This document shows, piece after piece, positions 46,748 through 58,997 of a DNA stretch of 64,000 nucleotides (positions are counted from its first letter, which is position 1; every line of letters starts with the position of its first letter). Origin of the DNA: Acidobacteriota bacterium (GTDB taxonomy: Bacteria; Acidobacteriota; UBA6911; RPQK01; JAJDTT01). Location: positions 706,415-770,414 of the forward strand of contig OZ220706.1 in the NCBI GenBank assembly GCA_965116695.1, in the 5' to 3' direction. Below the pieces are notes generated by a model. That model worked only from the letters and a program-made list of their open reading frames with translations. It made no database searches and was not told the DNA's origin. The translations under genes and the position numbers were made by a program.

Positions 46748-49700
46748 ATGTGCTGGACACCAGTCCGACGGCTCCAAACCTGCGTATTTCTCTTTGCGTT
46801 CAGCATTTTGAGTCCCGTCGCCCTGATGAGCGGATCGGCCCCGTCCCCCTCCGCGGATCAGGACGTCGACTTCGCCCGCGACATCCGCCCCATCCTCGAG
46901 GCCAACTGCAACCAGTGCCACGGCGCCGACCAGAGCATGAACGGTCTCCGCCTGGATACCCGGGAGGCCGCACTGAAGGGCGGCCAGTCCGGACCGGCCA
47001 TCCTTCCCGGCGACGGTTCCTCGAGCCTCCTCTACCGGAAGATCGTCGGCGACGCCCCAGGGTCTCCCATGCCTCTCACGGGGTCGCTGCCCCGCGATCA
47101 GGTCGAGATGATCCGCGCCTGGCTGGATCAGGGCGCGCCCTGGACCCAACCCATCGACGGAACGGGCGCCACCCGGGAGAAACACTGGGCCTACGTCAAG
47201 CCGGTCCGTCCTTCCCTGCCGGCGGTGAAGAATCCGGCCTGGATCCGCAACAGCATCGACCGCTTCATCCTGGCCAGGTTGGAACGGGAAGGCCTGGAAC
47301 CTTCCCCGGAAGCCTCCCGGGAGACGTTGATCCGCCGCGCGACCCTGGATCTCATCGGTCTTCCACCGACTCCCCAGGAAGTGGACGCATTCATTGAAGA
47401 CGAACGTCCATTGGCCTACGAGCGCCTGGTCGACCGGCTCCTGGCATCGCCCCGCTACGGCGAGCGGTGGGCCCGTCCCTGGCTGGACCTGGCCCGGTAT
47501 GCCGACACCAACGGCTACATCCACGACCGGCGGCGCAACATGTGGCTCTATCGCGACTGGGTGATCAAGGCCATCAGCTCCGACATGCCCTTCGACCAGT
47601 TCACCATCGAGCAGATCGCGGGAGACCTGCTTCCGGACGCCACTCCCGAGCAGAAGATCGCCACCGGGTTCCACCGCAACACCATGATCAACACCGAGGG
47701 TGGGACCGACCCGGAGGAGTACCGGGTGGCGGCCATCCTGGACCGGGTTGAGACCACCGGAACCGTCTGGCTCGGAAGCACCATCGCCTGCGCCCAGTGC
47801 CACGATCACAAGTACGATCCCATCTCTCAGGAGGAGTACTTCCGGATGTACGCCTTCTTCAACAACACGATGGAGGAGAACAACCCGAAGACCAAGATCC
47901 GGCCGCACAGCTCCAGCATCACGCTGCCTCCGGCCGGCTATCTGGCCCCGTACCGCTCCGATATCGAGCAGGAGATCGTGGAGCTGAAGGCCGCGCTGAA
48001 ACGATCCACGCCGGCGTTGGCGGCGGCGCAGACGGAATGGGAGACGCAAACGGCCAGGGAGATGGTCTCCTGGAGCGACCTGCACCCCGTTACCTACTTC
48101 TCCCTGGGCGGCGCGGAATTGACCCTTCAGGGGGACGGTTCCGTGCTGGCTTCCGGGCCGGCGCCGGGGCGCGAAACGTATGTGGTCGTGACCGAGACCC
48201 GGGTCGAGGGAATCACCGCCATCCGTCTGGAGACCCTGACGGATCCCAGCCTGCCCCACGGCGGGTCCAGCCGGAGTTCCGACGGGGAGTTCATTCTGAC
48301 CGAGTTTGAAGTGGTAGCGGAGCCTCTGGCGGCGCCGGGGGCCTCCTCACCTGTGGTGTTCGGCGGCGCCGCGGCCGAAATCGATCCCGTCACCATGGGA
48401 ATACGCCGCGCTCTGGACGGCGACCCCACCACCGGCTGGTCCAACAGCGGGACCAGTCACAAGAACCGGGTCGATCGTCAGGCCATTTTCGTGCCCGAGT
48501 CTCCCTTGGGTTTTTCGGGTGGAACCCGGTTCACCATCCGCCTGAGACATGAGGGGGAGAAGCCGAATAAGACGATCGGCCGTTTTCGTTTTTCCCTTAC
48601 CCGGGATCAGGACCCGGCCCGAAATGTCAAGCTCCCGACGCGGACAGAACGCGTCCTGGCCGTTCCCGCCGGCCGGAGGACCGAGGGACAACGCCGGATC
48701 CTGAACGACTACTATCGCGGCTTCGCCCCCCTGCTGGCGCCGAAACGGCAACGGCTCTCCGAGTTGCTGGCCTTCTGGAAACAGTTGACCTCGCCCAACA
48801 GCCTGGTCATGAAGGAGTTGGAGAAGCCCCGGACCACGCACCTGTTCCTCAAGGGAAGTTTCTTGAACCCGGGCAAGGAGGTCCAGCCGGGTGTCCCCTC
48901 GGTGCTGCATCCCCTGCCCGAGAGCGGCACGCCGCTCAATCGCCTGACCCTGGCCCGCTGGCTGGTCTCTTCGGAGAACCCCCTGGTGGGGCGGGTCACC
49001 ATGAATCGTCTCTGGGCCGATCATTTCGGCCGGCCGCTGGTCACGACCCCGGAAAACCTGGGGACGCAGGGCGAGCGTCCCACGCATCCGGAGCTTCTGG
49101 ATTGGCTCGCCACCGAGTTCGTGGGTCAGAAATGGTCCATGAAGGCCATGCATCGCCTGATGGTCACGTCGGCGGCCTATCGACAAAGTTCCCGCATGGG
49201 AGAGGCCCTGCGGGAAAAGGACCCCTCCAACCAGTTCTACGCTCGTGGGCCGCGCTTCCGGATGGATGCCGAAATGATCCGGGACAGCGCGCTGAGCACC
49301 GCGGGACTCCTCAGTCTGAGGCCTTACGGCCCCAGCGTATTTCCGCCGCAGCCCAAGGGGCTTTGGGACAACCTCTACGTGGCGGATACGTGGATCACGG
49401 GCCGCGGCGACGACCGCTACCGGCGGGGCCTCTACACCTTTCTGAAGCGGATTCGCCCCTATCCCTTCTACGCCAATTTCGATGCTCCCAGCCGGGAGTC
49501 CACGTGCGTGGCCCGCAGCCGGTCCAATACGCCGCTGCAGGCGCTGAACCTGATGAACGACCAGACCTTTCTGGAAGCCGCCCGCGGACTGGCCCACCGC
49601 ATGATCTCGGAAACGGGTCCGGAAACGGCCGACCGGATCTCCCACGGATTTCGCCTTTGCGTCGGCCGCCGGCCCTCCCCGGGAGAGCTTCAGGATCTGA

Positions 49701-49852
49701 CCGCCCTCTATCAGCTTCAGTTGCAGACCCTGTCCGGTTCCGCTCCGGATGCGGCCAAAGCGGTCGGGAAGGCGGAAACCGGGGATTTCATGGCCTGGAC
49801 CAGCGTGGCTCAGGTGCTCCTGAATCTGGATGAAACCATCTCGCGACCGTGA
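46748..49852 (+). CDS. PSCyt1/PSCyt2/PSD1 (DUF1549/DUF1553) secreted protein, module 2
   Basis: Signal peptide; CNQCHG; [12 protein letters not shown]; colinear with module 1 plus a 250-aa insertion. Confidence 0.8.
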   Translation: MCWTPVRRLQTCVFLFAFSILSPVALMSGSAPSPSADQDVDFARDIRPILEANCNQCHGADQSMNGLRLDTREAALKGGQSGPAILPGDGSSSLLYRKIVGDAPGSPMPLTGSLPRDQVEMIRAWLDQGAPWTQPIDGTGATREKHWAYVKPVRPSLPAVKNPAWIRNSIDRFILARLEREGLEPSPEASRETLIRRATLDLIGLPPTPQEVDAFIEDERPLAYERLVDRLLASPRYGERWARPWLDLARYADTNGYIHDRRRNMWLYRDWVIKAISSDMPFDQFTIEQIAGDLLPDATPEQKIATGFHRNTMINTEGGTDPEEYRVAAILDRVETTGTVWLGSTIACAQCHDHKYDPISQEEYFRMYAFFNNTMEENNPKTKIRPHSSSITLPPAGYLAPYRSDIEQEIVELKAALKRSTPALAAAQTEWETQTAREMVSWSDLHPVTYFSLGGAELTLQGDGSVLASGPAPGRETYVVVTETRVEGITAIRLETLTDPSLPHGGSSRSSDGEFILTEFEVVAEPLAAPGASSPVVFGGAAAEIDPVTMGIRRALDGDPTTGWSNSGTSHKNRVDRQAIFVPESPLGFSGGTRFTIRLRHEGEKPNKTIGRFRFSLTRDQDPARNVKLPTRTERVLAVPAGRRTEGQRRILNDYYRGFAPLLAPKRQRLSELLAFWKQLTSPNSLVMKELEKPRTTHLFLKGSFLNPGKEVQPGVPSVLHPLPESGTPLNRLTLARWLVSSENPLVGRVTMNRLWADHFGRPLVTTPENLGTQGERPTHPELLDWLATEFVGQKWSMKAMHRLMVTSAAYRQSSRMGEALREKDPSNQFYARGPRFRMDAEMIRDSALSTAGLLSLRPYGPSVFPPQPKGLWDNLYVADTWITGRGDDRYRRGLYTFLKRIRPYPFYANFDAPSRESTCVARSRSNTPLQALNLMNDQTFLEAARGLAHRMISETGPETADRISHGFRLCVGRRPSPGELQDLTALYQLQLQTLSGSAPDAAKAVGKAETGDFMAWTSVAQVLLNLDETISRP

Positions 49853-49871
49853 GCCCCAGGAAGAGGCACCC

Positions 49872-51322
<1,451 letters not shown>

Positions 51323-51323
<1 letters not shown>

Positions 51324-51398
51324 GAGCGGCGACATCCTTGTCGCCGATTGGAGAGGCGTCTGGAGCGGCGACATCCTTGTCGCCGATTGGAGAGGCAT
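51323..51398 (+). repeat. Two tandem copies of a 38-bp unit GGAGCGGCGAC-atcctt-GTCGCCGATTGGAGAGGCRTCT
   Basis: Between convergent DUF1501 and B12-rSAM genes; same arm/loop logic as the dispersed hairpin family. Confidence 0.8.
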
Positions 51399-51460
51399 CT
51401 TTCAAGCGCCACATGAGGGGTCGCAGGGACGGCAGTCCCCCAGTCAACTGAAGAATATTT

Positions 51461-53197
51461 CTACTTGACCGGCAAGGCCAACGGAGCCGCCGAACTCAAC
51501 GCATCCTGGAAGGCCGCCAGAGCCTCGGAGATGCCATCCCCGGAATAACGGAATTCACCGGGGATGGCCTTCTGGCGCGCGCTCGCGCGTTTCAGCGCCT
51601 CCTGTCTGAACTCGTCCTCCATTCCAGGCGCCGAGTCAGACCCCCATCCGCCTTCATTGATCGATGCCAACTCTGATTTCAGGTACTCCTTGAAACCACG
51701 GAGAATGGTCTGCTGACGCGTGAACTTTTCGCAGTGATGGCCCATGCCGGCCAAACGGATTGCCAGCGGCAGGAATCGAGGATGATCCTTGGAGACTTTG
51801 GCGATATAGCGCGAAAACGGCCGCAACTGCGCCGGCGTCAGGCGCTGCCTGAGCTTCATGATTCCCGCCAGGAGCAGGTGGTTGCTTACCGGCTTGTAGA
51901 TGTGTGGTACCGGGTTGAGGTTGCCGAACAGAGTCAGGCAGCGGTCGAAGTAGTTCTCCAACGTCGCATCGTAGATGGTGCCGATGACCCGGAGATACCC
52001 TTTTACCAACGCCCCGGGATCCATCTCCGGCTTGAAGTTCAGGGCAGTGTCGTCGATCTCGACTGGTTTGTCCAACAGCCGATTCTCGCGCTCGAGCCGG
52101 GCCCACAGGTTGGTTCCCTTGAGTGCGGTCAGCAACCCGATCAGCGAGATCGGAATCCCGGCTGCCTGAATGAATTCGATCTGGGCGTCAAACGCGTTCT
52201 CATCGTCGTCGTCCAGGCCGAGTATGAAGCCACCCTGAACCTGCATCCCCTTCTGTTGAATCTTGCGCACGGCAGTGAACAAGTAGTTGTCGTCGCGCAT
52301 GTCGATGTTCTGAGGCTTCTTCATCTTCTTGAGAGCCTTCGGGTTGGGCGTTTCGATGCCGAGGAAGACGGTATCGAAGCCGGCCTCGATCATGACATCC
52401 ATCAAGTCGTTCATCCGAACGAGATTGACGGTCGCTTCGGTGGACAGTGTATAGGGATGGCGATGCTCCTTTTGCCATTCGGCGATCACGGGAAGAAGCC
52501 TTGAAACTTCCCGTTTGTTGCCGATGAAATTGTCATCGACCAGAAAAAGCGGACCCCGCCAGCCCAGCTCGTACAAACGGTCGAACTCGGCCACCATCTG
52601 TTCCGGTGATTTTGTTCGGGACACACGGCCGTACAGCTTCGTAATATCGCAAAACTCGCAATCGAAGGGACATCCCCGGGAGAACTGCAGGCACATCGAG
52701 TAATACTCGTTCATATCGATGAGGTCGAAACGGGGAACCGGAGTCAGGGTCACATCCGGCTTCCTCGGGGCGCGGTAGACGGGTTTGGCCGTGCCGGATT
52801 CCAGGTCGCGAAGGAAGCCCGGGAAGGTCTCCTCGACCTCATCGAGTACGAAATGATCGATGCCCTCCATCTCTTCATGGAACGTGGTGGGATGCGGCCC
52901 GCCGGCAACGACGGGAACCTGCGCGCGGTTGCAGCGCTCAACGACCTCCTCGAGCGAGGGGCGTTGCGGAATCATGCTCGATGTGAATACGAGATCCGCC
53001 CACTTCAGGTCGTTGTCTTCGAGCGAAGTCACGTTGAGGTCGAGCAGACGCAGGTTGTACCGGGATGGGAACATCGCGGCGACGGTGAGCAGGCCGAGTG
53101 GTGGAAATACCGATTTGAGTCCCGAGAGATCCAAGGCGTAATCGTTGCCCCAGTAGGTGGGCGGATGTTTCGGGGAGAGGAGGAGGGCGTTCGTCAT
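51461..53197 (-). CDS. B12-binding-domain radical SAM protein (class B rSAM, DUF4070-type C-terminus)
   Basis: N-terminal cobalamin-binding-like domain; SRGCPFDCEFCDI CxxxCxxC; 578 aa. Confidence 0.8.
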   Translation of the reverse strand: MTNALLLSPKHPPTYWGNDYALDLSGLKSVFPPLGLLTVAAMFPSRYNLRLLDLNVTSLEDNDLKWADLVFTSSMIPQRPSLEEVVERCNRAQVPVVAGGPHPTTFHEEMEGIDHFVLDEVEETFPGFLRDLESGTAKPVYRAPRKPDVTLTPVPRFDLIDMNEYYSMCLQFSRGCPFDCEFCDITKLYGRVSRTKSPEQMVAEFDRLYELGWRGPLFLVDDNFIGNKREVSRLLPVIAEWQKEHRHPYTLSTEATVNLVRMNDLMDVMIEAGFDTVFLGIETPNPKALKKMKKPQNIDMRDDNYLFTAVRKIQQKGMQVQGGFILGLDDDDENAFDAQIEFIQAAGIPISLIGLLTALKGTNLWARLERENRLLDKPVEIDDTALNFKPEMDPGALVKGYLRVIGTIYDATLENYFDRCLTLFGNLNPVPHIYKPVSNHLLLAGIMKLRQRLTPAQLRPFSRYIAKVSKDHPRFLPLAIRLAGMGHHCEKFTRQQTILRGFKEYLKSELASINEGGWGSDSAPGMEDEFRQEALKRASARQKAIPGEFRYSGDGISEALAAFQDALSSAAPLALPVK

Positions 53198-53320
53198 GGT
53201 TCACCCAGCCTCGTTCCGTGCGGGCGCGCGTGCCGGCGACAGGCCGGTGTGGGCATCGCCGAATCCGGCCTCCAACGCCGCGAGGATGAATTCATCTGTC
53301 GTGATTGCAGTCTCCCCCTT

Positions 53321-54394
53321 CTACCGGCAAAGGCGATCCAGCTTGCGTTTGGCCTCCTCTCCCCAACCGGCGTGACTGTCGGCGACGCGGCCCTCCTCGT
53401 CCACCAGGATCGAGAAGGGGACGAACACTTCGTCTCCCCCGAAGATCTTCTTCAGATCCTTCGGCTCCAGCAGGTAGTTGGGATAGGTCACTCCCAGGTC
53501 GCGCGCATAAGATTCCACATCGGCCAGAGGGACACCCTCGTCCAGGCTGAGACCGATCACCTGAATTCCGTTCTCTTCCAACTTGGCCTTGGCGGCTTCC
53601 AGCTCGGGCATCTCCCGCCGGCAGGGCCCGCACCAGGTGGCCCAGAGATTCACCAGGTAGGACGTTCCCTTCTCCAGCGGAAGCGAGATCTCCTCCCCAT
53701 CCGGAAGCGTCTTCAACGCCAATTCCGGCATGGGCAGGCCCCGTTTGATCGCCAGCTTGCTCCAGAGAACCTGCTCCTCCTCCAGGGGATCGGGCAGCGC
53801 GGCCGGCGGCAGGGACAGGGCCTGGTAGTCCGGTTCCTCCTCCACCAGTTTCAAGGAGGTGCCGGCGGGAATGGGACCGACCCGCTGGCGGGTACCCGAC
53901 GGCCATGTGACTTCCAGCCACTCCGCCTCCTTGTTCTCCCCCAGTCCGAACAGGAGCCTCCGATCGGGCTGAGCCATGAAGCCACTCCCCCCGGAGAGGA
54001 TCCGGGTCTGGACTCCCAGGGGAGTCTTCACCCGCACCTGGGACCCGAAAGCGTCCTTGCCGCTCTTCGTGCCCTCCAATTCGACGCGGATGAAGCCCTT
54101 GTCCTGCCCCACGTTGTTGCGGAACAGGAGATGACCCTCCCCCTGGATGGTGGTGAGAAAGATGTCCAGATCGCCGTCGTTGTCCAGGTCGACCGGGACG
54201 GCCGAACGTCCGTCGGAGATGGAGTCGATGCCCGAAACTCCTGAGATGTCCTGGAACCGGCTCCCCTCCCGGTTCAGAAAAAGGGCGTCCCGCTCGAATC
54301 CGCTGAAGGAGAGTCCCTCCTCGAAGAGCAGAGCCATGTGGTTCGTCTGGTAGTCAGGGTTGCCGGCCTTCTCGTCGCCGACCGTGGACGCCAC
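53321..54394 (-). CDS. C-terminal part of the CRTAC1-like protein: last FG-GAP repeat, ASPIC/UnbV domain and TlpA-like thioredoxin (WCGPC)
   Basis: Same reading frame as the upstream ORF, separated from it by one TGA (54416-54418) and 7 codons. UnbV-like FRNNVGQDKGFIRVELEG...; thioredoxin LWATWCGPCRREMPEL. Confidence 0.6.
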   Translation of the reverse strand: MASTVGDEKAGNPDYQTNHMALLFEEGLSFSGFERDALFLNREGSRFQDISGVSGIDSISDGRSAVPVDLDNDGDLDIFLTTIQGEGHLLFRNNVGQDKGFIRVELEGTKSGKDAFGSQVRVKTPLGVQTRILSGGSGFMAQPDRRLLFGLGENKEAEWLEVTWPSGTRQRVGPIPAGTSLKLVEEEPDYQALSLPPAALPDPLEEEQVLWSKLAIKRGLPMPELALKTLPDGEEISLPLEKGTSYLVNLWATWCGPCRREMPELEAAKAKLEENGIQVIGLSLDEGVPLADVESYARDLGVTYPNYLLEPKDLKKIFGGDEVFVPFSILVDEEGRVADSHAGWGEEAKRKLDRLCR

Positions 54395-54415
54395 GACGTG
54401 GCGCCAGAAGAAGCT

Positions 54416-56114
54416 TCATGTGTCCTTCATGGACTTGCCGCTGATGAACCCGTTGGGAGAGTAGAGGTCCTCCCAACCGTCGTTGTCGAAGTCCACGAAG
54501 ACTCCGCCCCAGGCCCATCCGGCGACGAACGGTCCGAACTTGCCGCTCACGTCCCGGAAGCCGCCCCCGTCCACCCCTTCGAACAGCGTATTGCCGGCCG
54601 CCAGCTTCTTGAGTCCGCTCCGGTCACCCCGGCCCTGGGGAAACAGCCGGTCCAGGATCCGGTTCCCGGCGGTGGAGGACATGTTGGTGACGTAGAGGTC
54701 GATCCGCCCGTCGTTGTTGAAGTCGCCGAAGGAGACGCCCATGCCGTTGCCCGGGTCCAGCAGCCCCATGCCGGTGGCCCGGTCCTCGAAACGGTCTCCC
54801 AGGTTGACATAGTAGCCGTTCTCGCCGAAGTCGTTGGCCACGTAGAGGTCCAGCCGTCCGTCTCCGTTGATGTCGGCGAACTGGGCGGCATAGCTCCAGC
54901 GCTGGTCGCGGACGCCCCACTCCGCCCCCGCTTCGCGAAAGCTCCCATTGCCCTGGTTCAGAAAGAGCAGGTTGGGAGTCCCGTTGGACGCGCGGTGCCA
55001 GGAGTCGGGCATGACCCGCCCGTAGCGGTTGTAGGAAGCGACGTAGACGTCGGTCCAGCCGTCCTTGTTCACGTCACCGGCCGTGGCGCTGAAACCGATG
55101 GCGTTCACCGCGATCCCCACCTCTTGCGAGATGTCGAAGAACAGAAGCTTGCCGGAGGGCACAAGGCGGTTCTCGAACAGCATCTGCTCCCCCACCGAGG
55201 CCATGAAGACGTCCAGGTCGCCGTCGTTGTCGTAGTCGAGGAGCAGCGGCGCCGTGCCCGGCGGGGTGATCGAGATCCCCGCCTTGTCGGCCACGTCCTC
55301 AAACCGGCCGCCCTGGTTCAGGTAGAGGTAGTTCCGGTTGATGCCCGTGACCACCAGGTCCTGCAGCCCGTCCTGGTTCAGGTCTCCCGCGGCGGCGCCG
55401 TGGTAGACGAAATCGTCGTTTCCCGGCTCGCCGTACCGGGGAAGCGAATTGGAAACTCCCGCCGGGATACAGACCTCGGAGAAGAGGTCCGCGGACGCCC
55501 GCATGGTCTTGACCTCGTCCAACTGGAATTCGGAGATCTGCCACTTCTCCTCCCCGGTCTGGACCGCGACCAGCCGGCCGGTTCCCTTGACCCAGAATCG
55601 ATGGCTCCTGCCGTCGCGCCCGATCAGGAAGAATTTGAGATCCCCCTTGCCCTCGACTTTGGCCTTCCGTTGCCTGAAGCGGGCCCCCTTGACCTGGAAA
55701 CGGGCATCCTCGACGGATGAGAAGGTCTCCAGGAAACTCGCCCAGTTCGTCGTCAGGTCAGTTCGGGGCACCCTCTTCGGACGCTTGCGCGTGACGCGGG
55801 GCGCGGCGGTCGAAATCCACTTGAACTCCGTAGCCGGGACGCCTGAAAGAGCCGGCCACGGCGTCACCCTGGACGGGGACTCGAAAAACTCGCCGATCCG
55901 CTTCAGGTCCCGTTCCCGGACCGTCACCGAGAATTCCAGGAGGGAGTTGGCCAGGGACTCGGAGAGTTCCTCGGTCTGTTCCAGTTCAGCTTTGTCCAAC
56001 TCGACTTCTCCCAGAACGGGGAGGGAGGCAAGAAGACCCAGCAGGAGAACAGCGGTGGGCCAACCCCCGTGTCGGCGAGAAGAGGGGGTCCCCTGTGGGG
56101 GTTTTGGTGATGAA
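54416..56114 (-). CDS. N-terminal part of the CRTAC1-like FG-GAP repeat protein (ends at an in-frame TGA)
   Basis: Multiple DxNxDGxxD FG-GAP loops; signal-like AVLLLGLLASLPVLG. Start codon uncertain (TTG near 56114). The long ORF extension to 56473 runs through the 180-bp repeat and is not credible as coding. Confidence 0.55.
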
Positions 56115-56205
56115 TGGAGCTTCAAGTCGAGCCTGCTTTCGTTGTGAAGGTCGCCATTATAGCCGAAATCCAATGCCCTCAGATACGAGGTGGTGCTTAC
56201 AGGAA

Positions 56206-56388
56206 CTTCCGCATTATTCTGGTGGTTTGGGAGAACCAGAGATGTAGGGGCACCCCTTGTGGGTGCCCTCTTCGTTTCAAGCCGGTTCATGCCGCCAGGA
56301 AGAGGGCGACCACAAGGGTCGCCCCTACGATATGGACGGGAATTGTCCACAGAATGCGGAATCCCTCCAGCAATGACGACCGACGCCT
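56206..56388. repeat. 180-bp dispersed repeat, copy B, with internal 85-bp palindrome
   Basis: Near-identical to 19322-19502; between divergent genes. Confidence 0.8.
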
Positions 56389-56579
56389 GCGCCCGTAACC
56401 AAATTTGAGACCATTTTTTTAGATTCGCCCCATTCCACTTGCCAAATCTTCTGACTCTCATGCTTTCAACCACTTGCGGAGATTTGACCTGATATTGTGG
56501 CGGAACTCCTGGTTGCGCTTAGCGGTGTCGATAGGTTTCAAGTTGTCCTATCGGAAGGTGGTACCATGCCCGTTTTGCC

Positions 56580-57263
56580 ATGAGCCACTCCGTTCGCCGG
56601 CACCTGCATCTTGAAATCGACGAGTACGACGAGATCATCCGGCAGTTCATTCCCGGCTACGATCAAATGCTGGAGCAGGTTGCCCGGGCAGTCGCACTCA
56701 GCGGGCCCGGGAGGGTGCTGGACCTGGGCGCCGGGACCGGTGCCCTCTCCGAGGCGATCCTGCGGAAATCCGGGGAGAGCGTGGTCGAGTTGGTCGACGT
56801 CGACGACGAAATGTTGGCCCGCGCCCGGATGCGGCTGCAACGCTTCGGCGAACGGGTACGCCTGAGAAGGCAGTCGTTTTGCGACCCCCTTCCCCGCTGC
56901 GAGGCCGTCGCAGCCTCGCTGGCGTTGCATCATGTGCCGGACCTGGACTCCAAGGCCCGGCTCTATGGACGCATTCATGAGGCGCTGGCCCCGGGCGGCG
57001 TGTTCGTCAACGGGGATGCCACCATGCCGGACGATCCCGCCCGCAGGGCTGCGGACTACGCGATCTGGGCGGCGCACATGGTGTCGAGCGGAATCCCTGA
57101 ACAGCGCGCCTACCGGCACTTTGACGAATGGTCGGATGAAGACACGTATTTCCCGTTGGAACGGGAATTGGAGGCCATGACCCGCGCCGGATTCGACGCC
57201 AGGAGCGTTTGGAGTCGAACCCCGACTTCAGTGTTGGTCGGCCGGAAACGATCCGACGGCTGA
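56580..57263 (+). CDS. Class I SAM-dependent methyltransferase
   Basis: Motif I VLDLGAGTGALS; 227 aa. Confidence 0.7.
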   Translation: MSHSVRRHLHLEIDEYDEIIRQFIPGYDQMLEQVARAVALSGPGRVLDLGAGTGALSEAILRKSGESVVELVDVDDEMLARARMRLQRFGERVRLRRQSFCDPLPRCEAVAASLALHHVPDLDSKARLYGRIHEALAPGGVFVNGDATMPDDPARRAADYAIWAAHMVSSGIPEQRAYRHFDEWSDEDTYFPLERELEAMTRAGFDARSVWSRTPTSVLVGRKRSDG

Positions 57264-57307
57264 ACCGTTCCCACCAGCGGCGGTCCTGCCGTCCCGAGGA
57301 CCTTACG

Positions 57308-58984
57308 ATGACGAAATCATGGCCGCTTTTACTGGCAACGATTCACCTCACCGCCGTGTTGGTTCCGGCGACGGGCGTCATGGCTACCCCGCCCGGGATC
57401 GGTTCGACCTCTCCCACCGGGGCTTCCGTCTCCACTCTGAACGCGGCGGCACCGGTTCCGGCACGGTCCCGGGAGAAACCGGTCCCGCTGGGAGGCCACC
57501 GGCAGCTCTTCGTCGACGATTTCCTCATCGACGAATCAACGGGCGTGGAGCTGAGATTGAACCGGCCAAGGAAGTTTGCCGGCAACCCGGTCCTGGCGAG
57601 AGTGCCGGCAGGAGAAACCGCTTGGGAGGCGGGCATGCCGGTCGCCTTTTCCAGCGTCCTCTACGATCCGGCCGATGGACTCTTCAAGCTCTGGTACAGC
57701 CTGCACGCCGGCAGCGGAGGGGACGAACATGCGGTCCTCTGCTTCGCCAGGAGCGGCGACGGCATCCGGTGGGACAAGCCGAGGCTGGGAAAATTCGAGT
57801 ACCGGGGAACGACGGAAAACAACATCGTCGTGCCTCACGGCGGCTTGGCCAGCGGGGTCTTCCTGGACCACCACGAGGCGGACCCGTCCCGGCGTTTCAA
57901 GATGCTGCACATGCGGGACGACTACAAGATCTACGCCTCCCATTCGGCGGACGGACTGGACTGGATCCCGTACAACGACGGCAAGGCCGTTTTTTTCGAA
58001 CCGCCCGGCCACGACAGCCAGATGATCGCCTACTGGGACGAAGCCCTCGGCCTTTACGTCGGGATCATCCGGGATCGCACCGGCAGGATCTCCCAGGTGC
58101 GGCCGCGCCTGGTGAGCGATCCAAAGGCTCGGGTGGGTTGGCGGCGGCACTGGGACCCGCGGCGGAACCGCGCTCCCGAGAACCACAGCATCCGCCGGGT
58201 GGGCCAGATCGTGAGCCGCGATTTCGTTCACTGGAACGACTATCGGGTCGTCGTGGGGCCGGACGCGGAAGATCCTCTCAATCGGGACCAGTTCTACAAC
58301 ATGGAGGTCATGACCTATGAGGGCCTTCGCATCGGCCTCGTCACGGTCTTCAGCTACGACCCCGACTACTGCCGGGGCGCGGTGCAGTTGACCTCCAGCC
58401 GGGACGGACGAACTTGGGAGCGCGCCGGAAATCGGAACGTGTTTCTGCCACTCTCAGATCGGCCCGGCGATTTCGATTGGGGCGCCGTCTACGCCTTGCA
58501 AGGTCCCTTCGTCCACGACGACGAAATCCGGATCTACTACCATGGCGCCGGTTACGATCACAATGAAACCCTTCCTCCGGGAGTCGACGGATTCCCCAAT
58601 GGCATCGGATTGGCGAAGCTGCGGTTGGATGGGTTCGTATCGGTCCAGGCGGGCAAGCCGGGTGGAAGCCTGACCACCAGGAGCTTCACCTTCACCGGAG
58701 ATCGGCTGGTCGTCAACGCCGATGCCGGGAACGGCCGTCTCCTGGTGGAGGTCCTGGACCCAGGCGGGAACCCCGTTCGCGGCTACACCCGGGAGGACTG
58801 TGATCCCCTTCGGAAAGACGCTCTCCGCCAGAACGTGAGCTGGAATGGAAGCTCCGCCGTCGCCTCCCTGGCCGGAAAGCCGATCCGGCTGCGTTTTCAC
58901 CTCGAAGAGGCCAGCCTCTATTCGTTTGAGTTTCTGGTGACGGACCCCGCCGGCGGTTCGGCCGGCGGTGGGAAAGTCCGGTAG
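57308..58984 (+). CDS. Secreted LFVDDxLI-family glycoside-hydrolase-like protein, paralogue 3
   Basis: Signal peptide; RQLFVDDFLIDE, NPVL, WEAG, KLWYS; C-terminal PIRLRFHLEEASLYSFEF; adjacent to galactose mutarotase. Confidence 0.5.
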   Translation: MTKSWPLLLATIHLTAVLVPATGVMATPPGIGSTSPTGASVSTLNAAAPVPARSREKPVPLGGHRQLFVDDFLIDESTGVELRLNRPRKFAGNPVLARVPAGETAWEAGMPVAFSSVLYDPADGLFKLWYSLHAGSGGDEHAVLCFARSGDGIRWDKPRLGKFEYRGTTENNIVVPHGGLASGVFLDHHEADPSRRFKMLHMRDDYKIYASHSADGLDWIPYNDGKAVFFEPPGHDSQMIAYWDEALGLYVGIIRDRTGRISQVRPRLVSDPKARVGWRRHWDPRRNRAPENHSIRRVGQIVSRDFVHWNDYRVVVGPDAEDPLNRDQFYNMEVMTYEGLRIGLVTVFSYDPDYCRGAVQLTSSRDGRTWERAGNRNVFLPLSDRPGDFDWGAVYALQGPFVHDDEIRIYYHGAGYDHNETLPPGVDGFPNGIGLAKLRLDGFVSVQAGKPGGSLTTRSFTFTGDRLVVNADAGNGRLLVEVLDPGGNPVRGYTREDCDPLRKDALRQNVSWNGSSAVASLAGKPIRLRFHLEEASLYSFEFLVTDPAGGSAGGGKVR

Positions 58985-58997
58985 GACCGGCGGCGAT

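Noticed and set aside
54416-54418. Selenocysteine recoding of the in-frame TGA
   Set aside because: Not excluded but judged unlikely. The TGA is in a linker between repeats, not at a redox CxxC/UxxC site, and the downstream hairpin is short and non-canonical. It is kept as a low-probability alternative within the finding.
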